Shown in pieces: positions 19,569-28,610 of a stretch of 64,000 nucleotides of DNA (its first letter is position 1; each line of letters opens with the position of its first letter). A model generated the notes under the pieces. The model searched no databases. It was not told where the DNA came from and saw only the letters and a list, made by a program, of their open reading frames with translations. This DNA is from Paenibacillaceae bacterium. GTDB lineage: Bacteria; Bacillota; Bacilli; Paenibacillales; Paenibacillaceae. The position numbers and the translations under genes are program-made. Location of the stretch: NCBI GenBank assembly GCA_036563895.1, contig DATCLN010000202.1, positions 366 through 64,365 of the forward strand, written 5' to 3'.

Positions 19569-20992
19569 AACCTCTCGAAGCGTATCGCGGGCGGAAAGTG
19601 GCGGTGCTCGGGCTGGCGCGCAGCGGCGCGGCCGCGGCAAAGCTGTTCCGCGGCCTCGGCGCGGAAGTGACGGCGAACGACCTCAAGCCGCGCGACCAGT
19701 GCCCGGAAGCGGACGAGCTGGAGGCGTTGGGCGTCACGGTGATCTGCGGGGGCCATCCCGACGATTTCCCGGCGGCGGACGCCGCCCTGCTGGTGAAAAA
19801 TCCGGGCATCCCGTATTCCGCGCCGCCCGTGGCAAGGGCCGAGGTCCTGGGCATCGAAATCGTCACCGAAGTGGAGGTGGCGGGGCAGCTCGCCCGCGCG
19901 CCCATCATCGGCATCACCGGTTCCAACGGGAAAACGACCACGACGACATTGACCGGCCATCTGCTGGAAGCCGCCGGGTTCAAGGCCGTTGTCGCCGGCA
20001 ACATCGGCCGGCCGCTGTGCGAAGCCGCTTTGGAAGCCGCGCCGGACGGATGGCTGGTGGCCGAACTGAGCAGCTTCCAGCTGATGGGGACGTCCGCTTT
20101 CCACCCGCGGATCGCCTGCCTGCTCAACGTCTATCCGACGCATCTCGATTACCACGGCACCATGGACAATTACATCGAAGCGAAAGCCCGGCTGTTCGCC
20201 AACCAGACGGCGGACGACACGGCGGTGTACAACGCGGACGATCCCGTCTGCGTCCGGCTCTCCGCATCGCTGAAGGCGCGCAGGTGGCCTTTTTCGCTGC
20301 TGCGGCGCCTTGAGGAGGGCGTCTATGTCGATCCTCCCTATTCCGATGGGACAGGCCCTTCCGCGGACGGGGAAGACCGCTGGATCACGGCCCGGCGGGG
20401 CGGGAAGGAGATGCGCGTCGCTCCCGTGGCGGAGCTGGGCATCCCGGGGCGGCACAACGTCGCCAACGCGCTGGCCGCCGTCGCCGCCGCCTTGGCCGCG
20501 GGCGCGCCGCCGGAGGCGCTGCGCGCGCCCCTGCGCGAATTCCGCGGGGTGGAGCATCGCCTGGAGCTGGTCAGGGAAATCCGGGGCATTCGCTTCTACA
20601 ACGATTCCAAGGCGACCAATCCGGCGGCCACGGCCATGTCCATCGCTTCCCTTTCCGGACCGGTCGTGCTCATCGCCGGCGGCAAGGACAGGGGATCGGA
20701 TTTCGCCGAGCTTCTCCCCGCCTTCCGCGAGCGGGTGCGGGTGCTGGTCGCTCTCGGGGAAACGCGGCACAAACTTCGTGAAGCGGCGGCAAAGGCGGGT
20801 TTGACGAAGGTGATCGTCGTCGAACCTGAAGATGATGCCGCCGATACGCTGCGCCGCGCCGTGCGGGAAGCCGCGGCCGCCGCGCGGGAGGGCGACGCCG
20901 TGCTGCTTTCTCCCGCCTGCGCGAGCTGGGACATGTTCCCGTCCTTCGAGGTGCGGGGCCGAATTTTTAAGGAATCGGCGCATACGTTGTAA
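19565..20992 (+). CDS. murD: UDP-MurNAc-L-Ala:D-Glu ligase MurD
   Basis: ATG 19565 overlaps the mraY stop (ATGA). The N-terminus is KVAVLGLARSGAAAAKLF and the P-loop is ITGSNGKTTT. Confidence 0.95.
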   Translation: MKPLEAYRGRKVAVLGLARSGAAAAKLFRGLGAEVTANDLKPRDQCPEADELEALGVTVICGGHPDDFPAADAALLVKNPGIPYSAPPVARAEVLGIEIVTEVEVAGQLARAPIIGITGSNGKTTTTTLTGHLLEAAGFKAVVAGNIGRPLCEAALEAAPDGWLVAELSSFQLMGTSAFHPRIACLLNVYPTHLDYHGTMDNYIEAKARLFANQTADDTAVYNADDPVCVRLSASLKARRWPFSLLRRLEEGVYVDPPYSDGTGPSADGEDRWITARRGGKEMRVAPVAELGIPGRHNVANALAAVAAALAAGAPPEALRAPLREFRGVEHRLELVREIRGIRFYNDSKATNPAATAMSIASLSGPVVLIAGGKDRGSDFAELLPAFRERVRVLVALGETRHKLREAAAKAGLTKVIVVEPEDDAADTLRRAVREAAAAAREGDAVLLSPACASWDMFPSFEVRGRIFKESAHTL

Positions 20993-21088
20993 AAAGGGGC
21001 CCGTCCCCGGCAGGGGCCGTCCGCCGCAGGAACCCGTTCCCCTGCAGGGACCCGCCCCTCATCCCGCGCGACGCGAGGTGTTCGCTTT

Positions 21089-22195
21089 ATGGCGCAGGCG
21101 ACCGGTTCCCGTTCCCATCCCGATTTCTGGATCATCGCCGCGACGCTGGGCATTCTGGCCATCGGCGTGGTCATGGTGTACAGCGCCAGCGCCGTGGCCG
21201 CCTTCCGCGACTACGGCGACGCCTATTACTATTTCAAGCGCCAGCTGCTCTTTGCGGCCCTGGGCCTTGCGGCCATGTACGCCGCCATGAACGTCGACTA
21301 CACGCGCTGGAAAAAGTGGGCTTTGCCCGGGCTGCTCGTCTGTTTCGCGCTGCTGTGCCTGGTGCTTGTGCCCGGCGTCGGGGTGGTGCGCGGGGGCGCC
21401 CGCAGCTGGCTTGGCATCGGTTCCTTCGGCATCCAGCCCTCCGAGTTCATGAAGCTGGCGATGATCGTGTTTCTCGCCTGGTATCTGTCGGAACGGCAGC
21501 GGGAGATGACGTCGTTCACGCGGGGGCTTCTGCCCGCCCTGGCGGTGCTGGGGGCCGCCTTCGGCCTCATCATGCTGCAGCCCGACCTCGGCACGGGCGC
21601 GGTGATGATCGGCGCCTCGCTTATGGTCATTTATGCGGCGGGCGCGCGGCTTGCCCATCTCGCCGCCCTGGCGCTGGCGGGGCTCGCGGGGCTGGCCGCC
21701 CTGATCGCCGCGGCGCCTTACCGGTTGCAGCGGATCGTCGCCTATCTGGACCCTTGGCAGGACCCGCAGGGGGCCGGCTACCAGGCAATCCAGTCGCTGT
21801 ACGCCGTCGGGCCGGGGGGCCTGCTGGGCCTCGGCCTCGGCATGAGCCGCCAGAAATACAGCTATCTGCCGGAACCGCAGACGGATTTCATTTTTTCCAT
21901 CCTGGCGGAGGAACTCGGCTTTGTCGGCGGCGCGCTGCTCATCCTGCTGTTCCTGCTCCTCGTGTGGCGAGGCATGCGGACGGCGATCGCCGTCGCCGAT
22001 CCGTTTGGCAGTTTTCTCGCCGCCGGCATCGTGGCCATTTTCGCCGTGCAGGTGCTCATCAACATCGGCGTCGTCATCGGGCTGCTGCCGGTCACCGGCA
22101 TCACGCTGCCCCTGGTCAGCTACGGCGGGTCGTCGCTCACGCTCCTGCTGACGGCGATCGGCATTTTGCTCAACATATCCCGGTCCGCGAGGTGA
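21089..22195 (+). CDS. spoVE: SEDS-family peptidoglycan polymerase SpoVE/FtsW
   Basis: A 368-aa ORF with about 10 TM helices and FtsW/RodA motifs (IQPSEFMKL, LQPDLGT, LPEPQTDFIFS, TGITLPLVSYGGSS). It lies between murD and murG. Confidence 0.9.
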   Translation: MAQATGSRSHPDFWIIAATLGILAIGVVMVYSASAVAAFRDYGDAYYYFKRQLLFAALGLAAMYAAMNVDYTRWKKWALPGLLVCFALLCLVLVPGVGVVRGGARSWLGIGSFGIQPSEFMKLAMIVFLAWYLSERQREMTSFTRGLLPALAVLGAAFGLIMLQPDLGTGAVMIGASLMVIYAAGARLAHLAALALAGLAGLAALIAAAPYRLQRIVAYLDPWQDPQGAGYQAIQSLYAVGPGGLLGLGLGMSRQKYSYLPEPQTDFIFSILAEELGFVGGALLILLFLLLVWRGMRTAIAVADPFGSFLAAGIVAIFAVQVLINIGVVIGLLPVTGITLPLVSYGGSSLTLLLTAIGILLNISRSAR

Positions 22196-22200
22196 AGCCC

Positions 22201-23355
22201 ATGCGCGTGGTCCTCACGGGAGGAGGAACCGGCGGCCACATCTATCCCGCACTGGCCATCGGACAAGAGGTGCTGGCGCGGGAACCCGGTTCGGAGCTTT
22301 TGTACATAGGCGCCGTCCGCGGCCTGGAAAGCCGCGTCGTCCCGCAGCGGGGCATCCGCTTCGAGGCGCTGGACGTCACCGGCTTCCGCCGCTCCCTGTC
22401 GTGGCACAACGTGCGCACCGTGTGGCGCTTCCTCGCCGGCGTGCGCCGGGCGAGGAGGCTGCTGCGCCAGTTCCGCCCGGACATCGTCGTCGGCACCGGC
22501 GGCTACGTCTGCGGCCCCGTGGTCTACGCGGCGGCCCGGCTCGGCATTCCGACCCTCATCCACGAGCAGAACGTGGTGCCGGGCCTGGCCAACCGTTTTC
22601 TCGCCCGCCATGCGCGGGCGGTGGCGTACAGCTTCGCCGATTCGGAGGCGCATTTTCGCCGCCTGACCGCCGGGCGCTTCCGGGACAAGGGGGGCGTCCG
22701 CCTGCTGCACAGCGGCAACCCTTGCGCCAGCGCGGCGGCCGCCGCGTCCCCGGACAAGGGCTTCGCCTCCCTGGGATTCGCTCCCGGCACGCCCTTCGTG
22801 CTCGTCGTCGGCGGCAGCGGCGGCGCGAAGGCGATCAACGAGGCGGCCGCGGCGATGGTTCCCCTCATGGACCGCCTGCCGGACGTTCGCTTTGTTTTTG
22901 TGACGGGAGATAAATACTATGAGGAAATTGCGGCGGGTGTCGGCGGCTCGCCCCCCGCGTCGGACGGCCGGCTCAAGATCCTGCCGTACATCCACAACAT
23001 GCCGGAGGTGCTGGCGGCCGCCTCGCTGGTCGTCAGCCGCGCGGGCGCTTCCTTTCTCGCGGAGATCACGGCCATCGGCGTGCCGGCCATCCTGATCCCT
23101 TCGCCCAACGTGACGGGCAACCACCAGCAGCCCAACGCGGAAAGCCTGGCGCGGGAAGGGGCGGCGGTCATGCTCCTTGAGCGGGAGTTGACGGGCGAGA
23201 CGCTGTTTGGGCACATCGCCGCCATCATGCGGGACCCGGCGCGCCGGCGATCGATGGCGGCGGCTTCCCGCGCCCTCGGCAAGCCGGAAGCGGCGGCGCT
23301 GATCTACGAGGAGATGCGCAGGCTCACCGCGGCCGCAACCCCGAACCGCCAATAA
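22201..23355 (+). CDS. murG: UDP-GlcNAc:lipid I GlcNAc transferase MurG
   Basis: ATG 22201 lies 9 nt after GAGG. Motifs: MRVVLTGGGTGGHIYPALA, HEQN, SRAGASFLAE. The product is 384 aa. Confidence 0.95.
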   Translation: MRVVLTGGGTGGHIYPALAIGQEVLAREPGSELLYIGAVRGLESRVVPQRGIRFEALDVTGFRRSLSWHNVRTVWRFLAGVRRARRLLRQFRPDIVVGTGGYVCGPVVYAAARLGIPTLIHEQNVVPGLANRFLARHARAVAYSFADSEAHFRRLTAGRFRDKGGVRLLHSGNPCASAAAAASPDKGFASLGFAPGTPFVLVVGGSGGAKAINEAAAAMVPLMDRLPDVRFVFVTGDKYYEEIAAGVGGSPPASDGRLKILPYIHNMPEVLAAASLVVSRAGASFLAEITAIGVPAILIPSPNVTGNHQQPNAESLAREGAAVMLLERELTGETLFGHIAAIMRDPARRRSMAAASRALGKPEAAALIYEEMRRLTAAATPNRQ

Positions 23356-23356
23356 G

Positions 23357-23533
23357 GACAAAAATGCCATTATTTATTCGTTTTCATGGCTGTCTGAATG
23401 AAATAACGACATTCGTGCCATTATTTTCGGGGCGGTCGCGTGAAATCGCACAACTTTTTCCAATTTAATGGCACAAAATGCAATTGTTTTTTCAAGAAGG
23501 CCGTTTTCATGCGAAAATAATGGCACTTTTGTC
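23357..23533. repeat. AT-rich 177-bp element bounded by 19-bp inverted repeats with a nested second pair (candidate MITE or operator array)
   Basis: The left end is GACAAAAATGCCATTATTT (23357-23375). The reverse complement of the right end is GACAAAAGTGCCATTATTT (23515-23533), an 18/19 match. The inner copies are GTGCCATTATTTTCG (23415-23429, an exact 15-mer also found inverted at 23512-23526) and the reverse complement of 23466-23473. The boxes are spaced about 51 nt apart in a -> -> <- <- order. The element starts 2 nt after the murG stop. Confidence 0.5.
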
Positions 23534-23743
23534 GTTGTTCCAAAGTCCGCTCCCGCAGGCAGACGCACACCATCCACCGTGCCCCGGGCAAATGGGCGTT
23601 TGTCACCCCGGGCGGCGCCCCGTCATAGGATACAACGTGACCGCGGCGGATGCCCGGCGCGGCCCATAAGCGGACGCGCCGTATTCCGCCCGCGGCGGAT
23701 GGGTCCGCTTCCCCGGCGCAACGGGCAAGGAGGAACTTCGTCC

Positions 23744-24655
23744 ATGTCCATGCAACGGCTGATCGACGAGCTGAAAAAGGCGAATATCGGCGCCGTGCGG
23801 CAAAACGAACCGCTGGCCGAACACACCACGTGGAAAATCGGCGGCCCGGCGGATCTGTTCCTCGTGCCGGAGACGGCGGACGGGCTGTCCGCCGCCCTCG
23901 CCGCGCTGCGCCGCCACGGGGTGCCGTGGCATCTGCTCGGCCGGGGATCAAACACGCTGGTGACCGACAAAGGGGTCCGGGGGGCGGTCATCAAGCTGGG
24001 GAGCGGATTCGACTACGCGCGGTTCGAAGGACACGACGTCGTGGCGGGAGGGGCTTTTTCCTTCATCAAGCTGTCGGTCCTGGCGGGCAAGGCCGGGCTG
24101 ACCGGGCTGGAGTTCGCGGGAGGCATCCCGGGTTCGGTCGGCGGAGCGGTCTACATGAACGCCGGGGCGCACGGGTCGGACGTATCGCGGATTTTCCTTT
24201 CCGCCGACATCGTTTGGGAAGACGGGACGAAGGCCACCTGCACAAAGGAAGAAATGGAATTCGGATACCGGCATTCCATCCTGCAAAGGCGGCGGGGCAT
24301 CGTGACGGAGGCGCGGTTCCGCCTGGCGCAGGGCGACCGCAAGGAGATCGCGGCGGCGATGGCCACCTACAAGGATCGCCGCCTGCGGACGCAGCCGCTG
24401 CAGATGGCCTGCGCGGGCAGCGTGTTCCGCAATCCGCCGGGCGACCACGCCGCGCGGCTCATCGAGGCCGCCGGCCTGAAGGGCGCCCGCGTGGGGGCCG
24501 CCGAGGTGTCCACGCTGCACGCCAATTTCATCGTCAACCACGGCGGCGCGACGGCCGAGGACGTCCTTGCGCTGATGCGGCACATCCAGGACACCGTCGA
24601 GCGGAAATGCGGGGTTCGTCTGATACCGGAGGTGCTGCTGATCGGCGAGCGGTAA
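23744..24655 (+). CDS. murB: UDP-N-acetylenolpyruvoylglucosamine reductase MurB
   Basis: ATG 23744 lies 10 nt after AAGGAGG. Motifs: EPLAEHTTWKIGGPADLF, LGRGSNTLV, GSVFRNP. The product is 303 aa. Confidence 0.95.
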   Translation: MSMQRLIDELKKANIGAVRQNEPLAEHTTWKIGGPADLFLVPETADGLSAALAALRRHGVPWHLLGRGSNTLVTDKGVRGAVIKLGSGFDYARFEGHDVVAGGAFSFIKLSVLAGKAGLTGLEFAGGIPGSVGGAVYMNAGAHGSDVSRIFLSADIVWEDGTKATCTKEEMEFGYRHSILQRRRGIVTEARFRLAQGDRKEIAAAMATYKDRRLRTQPLQMACAGSVFRNPPGDHAARLIEAAGLKGARVGAAEVSTLHANFIVNHGGATAEDVLALMRHIQDTVERKCGVRLIPEVLLIGER

Positions 24656-24715
24656 TCCGGACGGGCAAGGATCTTCCAGTCTCTGCCGGGCCGGTGTGCA
24701 TCTCGCAAGCGGGGA

Positions 24716-24724
24716 TGATATAAT
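24716..24724 (+). promoter_or_regulatory. Extended -10 promoter element upstream of divIB
   Basis: TGaTATAAT at 24716-24724, in the murB-divIB spacer. The -35 is weak (gtgtgca). Confidence 0.35.
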
Positions 24725-24851
24725 CAGAGTGGCTCTACCGGAGATTTGACCAAACGACCGCATCGAGCGCAGGTTCCGGTGCCTCGGCGCGCCGATCGGG
24801 CGGGTGCCGGACGAAAAGGAACAGCCACGGGGAAGGGAGGCGCCGCTGCCG

Positions 24852-25628
24852 ATGGAAACCCGCATCCCCGCGCTGAAGCCGGTTCGTCCGGAGCGGCGCC
24901 GGGGCGGCAAGTTGGCGGCCGTGCTCGCCGTTTTGTTTTTCATCGTCATGGTCGTGCTGTTTTTGCAATCGTCGCTTTCCAAGGTGACCGAGATCCAGAT
25001 CCGCGGCACGCGCCACGCCGATCCGGAGGAAGTGCGCAGGGCCGCCGGCGTCGAGGAAGGCGACTGGTTCCTCTATCCGTGGGCTTCGGAACTGGAACGG
25101 CGGGTGCGCACGGTGCCCGCCGTTGAAGATGCCGTCGCCGTCTGGCGGTTCCCCGGCCTGCTGATCATCCGGGTGCAGGAATATCCCGAAGTGGCCCTGG
25201 AGATTTCCCCGGCTGGAAGCCTCGGGATCGTGCTGGCCAACGGCCTGACCGTTCCCCCCGCGGGCACCCTTGTGCCGGACAAGCCCGTGCTGACCGGCTG
25301 GAATCCCGACGATCCGAACCGCCTGGCCCTCGCCCGGGAGCTGGGCCGGATCCCGCCGGAACTGCTGAACGACGTGTCGGAAATCGTGCCGGACCCGTCC
25401 AACGCGTATCCGGACCGGATCCGGATCTATACCCGTTCCCGTTTTGAAGTGGTGACGACGGTATCCAAGCTAAAGGAAAAACTTCCCTACCTTGATGAAA
25501 TCGTGGAAAACCGGGAACCCGGACTCCTCACCATGCTGGAAGCGGACACCTACACCCCGTTTTCCGCGCTGCAGACCCCTACCGAAGACCCAGACGGCTC
25601 GCCGCCCGAGGCCGAAAAAACCGAATGA
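24852..25628 (+). CDS. divIB: Cell division protein DivIB (FtsQ family, POTRA domain)
   Basis: ORF 24804..25628 has a GTG at 24804 and an ATG at 24852, 11 nt after GGAAGGGAGG. The product has a single TM (LAAVLAVLFFIVMVVLFL), a POTRA-like segment (VTEIQIRGTRHADPEEV) and FtsQ-type beta domains. It lies between murB and ftsA. Confidence 0.85.
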   Translation: METRIPALKPVRPERRRGGKLAAVLAVLFFIVMVVLFLQSSLSKVTEIQIRGTRHADPEEVRRAAGVEEGDWFLYPWASELERRVRTVPAVEDAVAVWRFPGLLIIRVQEYPEVALEISPAGSLGIVLANGLTVPPAGTLVPDKPVLTGWNPDDPNRLALARELGRIPPELLNDVSEIVPDPSNAYPDRIRIYTRSRFEVVTTVSKLKEKLPYLDEIVENREPGLLTMLEADTYTPFSALQTPTEDPDGSPPEAEKTE

Positions 25629-25842
25629 CGTAAGGATTTGGGCACTACCAAACGGCCGAAAAGAATGATAACATTCAAATTATGACCACAAACATCTCGC
25701 ATTCCCGGGCGCTCCCCCGCACAAGGGCGAAATCCCAAAAAAATTGTAGAAACAAAGAGGGAAAAAACCTCGCACGTGGAATTAAGTTAAGGAAAAAGCC
25801 CTTTTTCCTGCACTTTCATCGTTCTTCGGGAGGTGCCACCGT

Positions 25843-27081
25843 TTGAGCAACAGCGACCTCATCGTCAGCCTGGACATTGGAACGTCCAAGGTCCGGGTGA
25901 TTATCGGGGAAATCAGCGACGGGGCCATCAACATCATCGGCGTCGGGTCGGCGGATTCGGAAGGGATCCGCAAGGGCGCCATTGTCGATATCGATCGAAC
26001 CGTGCAATCCATCCGCAACGCGGTGGACCATGCGGAGCGGATGGTTGGAATTTCCATCGACGAAGTCTACGTCGGCATCGACGGCAGCCATATCGCCCTG
26101 CAATCCAACCACGGCGTGGTCGCCGTCTCCAACGAGGACCGGGAAATCGGCGACGAGGATATCGAACGGGTCCTGCAGGCGGCCAGGGTGGTGGCGCTGC
26201 CTCCCGAGCGGGAAATCATCGGGCTTGTACCCAAACAGTTTTTTGTGGACGGCCTGGATTCCATCCAGGACCCCCGCGGCATGATCGGCGTGCGGCTGGA
26301 AGTGGAATGCACGCTCATCACCGGTTCCAAGGCGGCCATACATAACCTGATGCGCTGCGTGGAAAAAGCCGGCCTCCGCATCGCCGGCATCATCCTCATG
26401 TCCCTCGCCTCCGGCATGATGACGCTGACCAAGGACGAGAAACAGATGGGAACCGTCCTGGCCGACATCGGGGCGGGCACGACGACGCTGGCCGTCTTCG
26501 ACGGCGGCAGCCTGGCGGCGGTGTCCACCCTGCCGATCGGAGGCGATTACGTCACCAGCGACATTTCCTACGGCTTCAAGACGCAGACGGAGCATGCCGA
26601 GAAAATCAAGCTGAAATTCGGCTGCGCCCGGACCGCGGACGCGGACAGGAACCTCAAGTTCAAGGTGACGCGGGTCGGCAGCACCCAGGAGAGCGAATTC
26701 AACCAGTACGAGCTGGCGGAGATCATCGAACCCCGCATGCAGGAGATTTTCCAGATGATCCGCCAGGAGGTCCGCCGGCTCGGGTATCTGGAGAAAATCA
26801 ACGGATACGTGCTGACCGGCGGTTCCGTCTCCATGCCGGGAGTGCTGCAGCTTGCGCAAGCGGAACTGGAGTCGAACGTGCGCATCGCCGTTCCGGAATA
26901 CATCGGCGTGCGCGATCCGTCCTACACCAACGGCGTCGGCATCATCCAGTACGTCGCCAAGTACGTGCGGACACGCACGGCGGTCGCCAGCCGGCGGCCG
27001 GCAAGGGGCCGAAGTCAGTCGGGCGCGTCGCGTCCCGGTTTCTTGGAATGGGTGAAGAACCTGTTCAGGGAATTCATCTGA
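25843..27081 (+). CDS. ftsA: Cell division protein FtsA
   Basis: The TTG start follows GGGAGGTG. The 412-aa actin-like ATPase has [18 protein letters not shown] and [13 protein letters not shown] motifs and a C-terminal amphipathic helix ([13 protein letters not shown]). Confidence 0.95.
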   Translation: MSNSDLIVSLDIGTSKVRVIIGEISDGAINIIGVGSADSEGIRKGAIVDIDRTVQSIRNAVDHAERMVGISIDEVYVGIDGSHIALQSNHGVVAVSNEDREIGDEDIERVLQAARVVALPPEREIIGLVPKQFFVDGLDSIQDPRGMIGVRLEVECTLITGSKAAIHNLMRCVEKAGLRIAGIILMSLASGMMTLTKDEKQMGTVLADIGAGTTTLAVFDGGSLAAVSTLPIGGDYVTSDISYGFKTQTEHAEKIKLKFGCARTADADRNLKFKVTRVGSTQESEFNQYELAEIIEPRMQEIFQMIRQEVRRLGYLEKINGYVLTGGSVSMPGVLQLAQAELESNVRIAVPEYIGVRDPSYTNGVGIIQYVAKYVRTRTAVASRRPARGRSQSGASRPGFLEWVKNLFREFI

Positions 27082-27136
27082 TCGCCGCCCGCGTTTCTTC
27101 ATCCATTCAAGTCCTTTGACGAGGGGAGAAAGCGCA

Positions 27137-28288
27137 ATGTTGGAATTTGACCTGGAATCCGAATCGCTCGCCAAGATCAAGGTGATCGGGGTCGGCGGCG
27201 GCGGCAGCAACGCGGTCAACCGGATGATCGAAAGCGGCGTCAGGGGCGTGGAATTCATCACCGCCAACACCGATGCCCAGGCCCTTCAGATGACCCGGGC
27301 CGAGCTCAAGCTTCAGCTGGGGGACAAGCTCACCCGCGGCCTGGGCGCGGGCGGCAATCCCGAAATCGGCAAGAAGGCCGCCGAAGAGTCCCGCGAAGCG
27401 ATTTTCAACTCGCTGCGGGGCGCGGACATGGTGTTCGTGACGGCCGGCATGGGCGGCGGAACGGGCACGGGCGCGGCGCCCGTGATCGCCGGGGTGGCGC
27501 GGGAATGCGGCGCGCTCACCGTCGGCGTCGTGACCCGGCCTTTCACGTTTGAGGGCCGGAAGCGGGCCATGCAGGCCGAGATGGGCATCGAGGCGCTGCG
27601 GGAGAACGTGGACACGCTGATCGTCATCCCCAACGACCGCCTGCTGGAAATCGTCGACAAGAAAACCCCCATGGTGGAAGCCTTCCGCGAGGCGGACAAC
27701 GTGCTTCGCCAGGCGGTGCAGGGTATCTCCGACCTGATCGCCGTGCCGGGACTCATCAACCTCGATTTCGCCGACGTGAAGGCGATCATGACCGAGCGCG
27801 GATCCGCGCTCATGGGCATCGGCGTGGCGTCCGGGGAGAACCGCGCCACCGAGGCCGCGCGCAAGGCGATCATGAGCCCGCTGCTGGAGACCTCCATCAA
27901 CGGCGCCCGCGGCATCATCATCAACATCACCGGCGGCCCCAACCTGTCCCTGTACGAGGTCAACGAGGCGGCGGAAATCGTCGTCTCCGCGTGCGATCCG
28001 GACGTGAACATGATCTTCGGCGCCAGCATCGACGACAACATGACGGACGAAATCAAGGTGACGGTCATCGCCACCGGATTCGAGCCCAAGCCTTCGTCTT
28101 CGCGGCGGCTGACAGGGGCGGGCGCGGCGCTCGAGCACGCCGCCGCCTCGGAGGTGCGCCCGGCCACCGGCCTGCGTCCCTTCGGCCACAGCACCATTTC
28201 CAGCGAACAGCTGGACATCCCCGCGTTCCTGCGCAACCGCCAGCGCAACGGCGAACCCTCCCGCAACGATCCGCGGCAGGACCGCTGA
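27137..28288 (+). CDS. ftsZ: Cell division GTPase FtsZ
   Basis: ATG 27137 follows GAGGGGAG. It has [17 protein letters not shown], the tubulin signature [11 protein letters not shown] and the C-terminal peptide DIPAFLRN. Confidence 0.97.
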   Translation: MLEFDLESESLAKIKVIGVGGGGSNAVNRMIESGVRGVEFITANTDAQALQMTRAELKLQLGDKLTRGLGAGGNPEIGKKAAEESREAIFNSLRGADMVFVTAGMGGGTGTGAAPVIAGVARECGALTVGVVTRPFTFEGRKRAMQAEMGIEALRENVDTLIVIPNDRLLEIVDKKTPMVEAFREADNVLRQAVQGISDLIAVPGLINLDFADVKAIMTERGSALMGIGVASGENRATEAARKAIMSPLLETSINGARGIIINITGGPNLSLYEVNEAAEIVVSACDPDVNMIFGASIDDNMTDEIKVTVIATGFEPKPSSSRRLTGAGAALEHAAASEVRPATGLRPFGHSTISSEQLDIPAFLRNRQRNGEPSRNDPRQDR

Positions 28289-28336
28289 CGGTCGGCTTCG
28301 CGTTTTCATCGATTCGCGGCGCAACTTTCCGTGCGC

Positions 28337-28386
28337 GCCTTCGTTCCTCACCCTTCCGACACGGTGAGGAGCGAAGGCTTTTTTTG
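28337..28386 (+). terminator. Intrinsic terminator after ftsZ
   Basis: GCCTTCGTTCCTCACC-cttccgacac-GGTGAGGAGCGAAGGC followed by TTTTTTTG. Confidence 0.7.
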
Positions 28387-28481
28387 TTTTCCGGGCATGA
28401 CAAAGAACTTCCCGGAATAGAACATGTGATGAGATTTTTCGCGCCGAACCGCCGTGCCCGATTCCCGTGACGGCTCCCGCC

Positions 28482-28549
28482 GGCGACAAAAAAACAGCGA
28501 AAAAGCCCTGCAGGATTAGACAGACTCCGCATGGGCCGGCATGTATACT
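28482..28549 (+). promoter_or_regulatory. spoIIG-type promoter (over-long spacer, Spo0A-box-like sequences)
   Basis: A -35-like TAGACA (28517-22, within TTAGACA, a 6/7 match to the reverse 0A box TTCGACA) is followed by a 21-nt spacer and TATACT (28544-49). A second 0A-like GGCGACA lies at 28482-88. The geometry mirrors the B. subtilis spoIIG promoter (22-nt spacer, Spo0A~P-dependent). Confidence 0.45.
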
Positions 28550-28610
28550 GGACTGGGTTCGATCAACCGCGTTCCGAACGGTTTCGGACGGACAAAGGCT
28601 GGGGTCCGGT

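Noticed and set aside
23374-23577. A 67-aa minus-strand ORF, and a 63-aa + ORF (23478..23669), inside the murG-murB spacer.
   Set aside because: Neither has an SD or a recognisable fold or motif. The reading frames simply run through the AT-rich repeat element. They are treated as non-coding unless expression data say otherwise.
28467-28610. The long-form start of spoIIGA given by the ORF track (28467).
   Set aside because: The extra 48 codons overlap the predicted spoIIG-type promoter and are not SpoIIGA-like. The conserved N-terminus ([13 protein letters not shown]) begins at GTG 28611.
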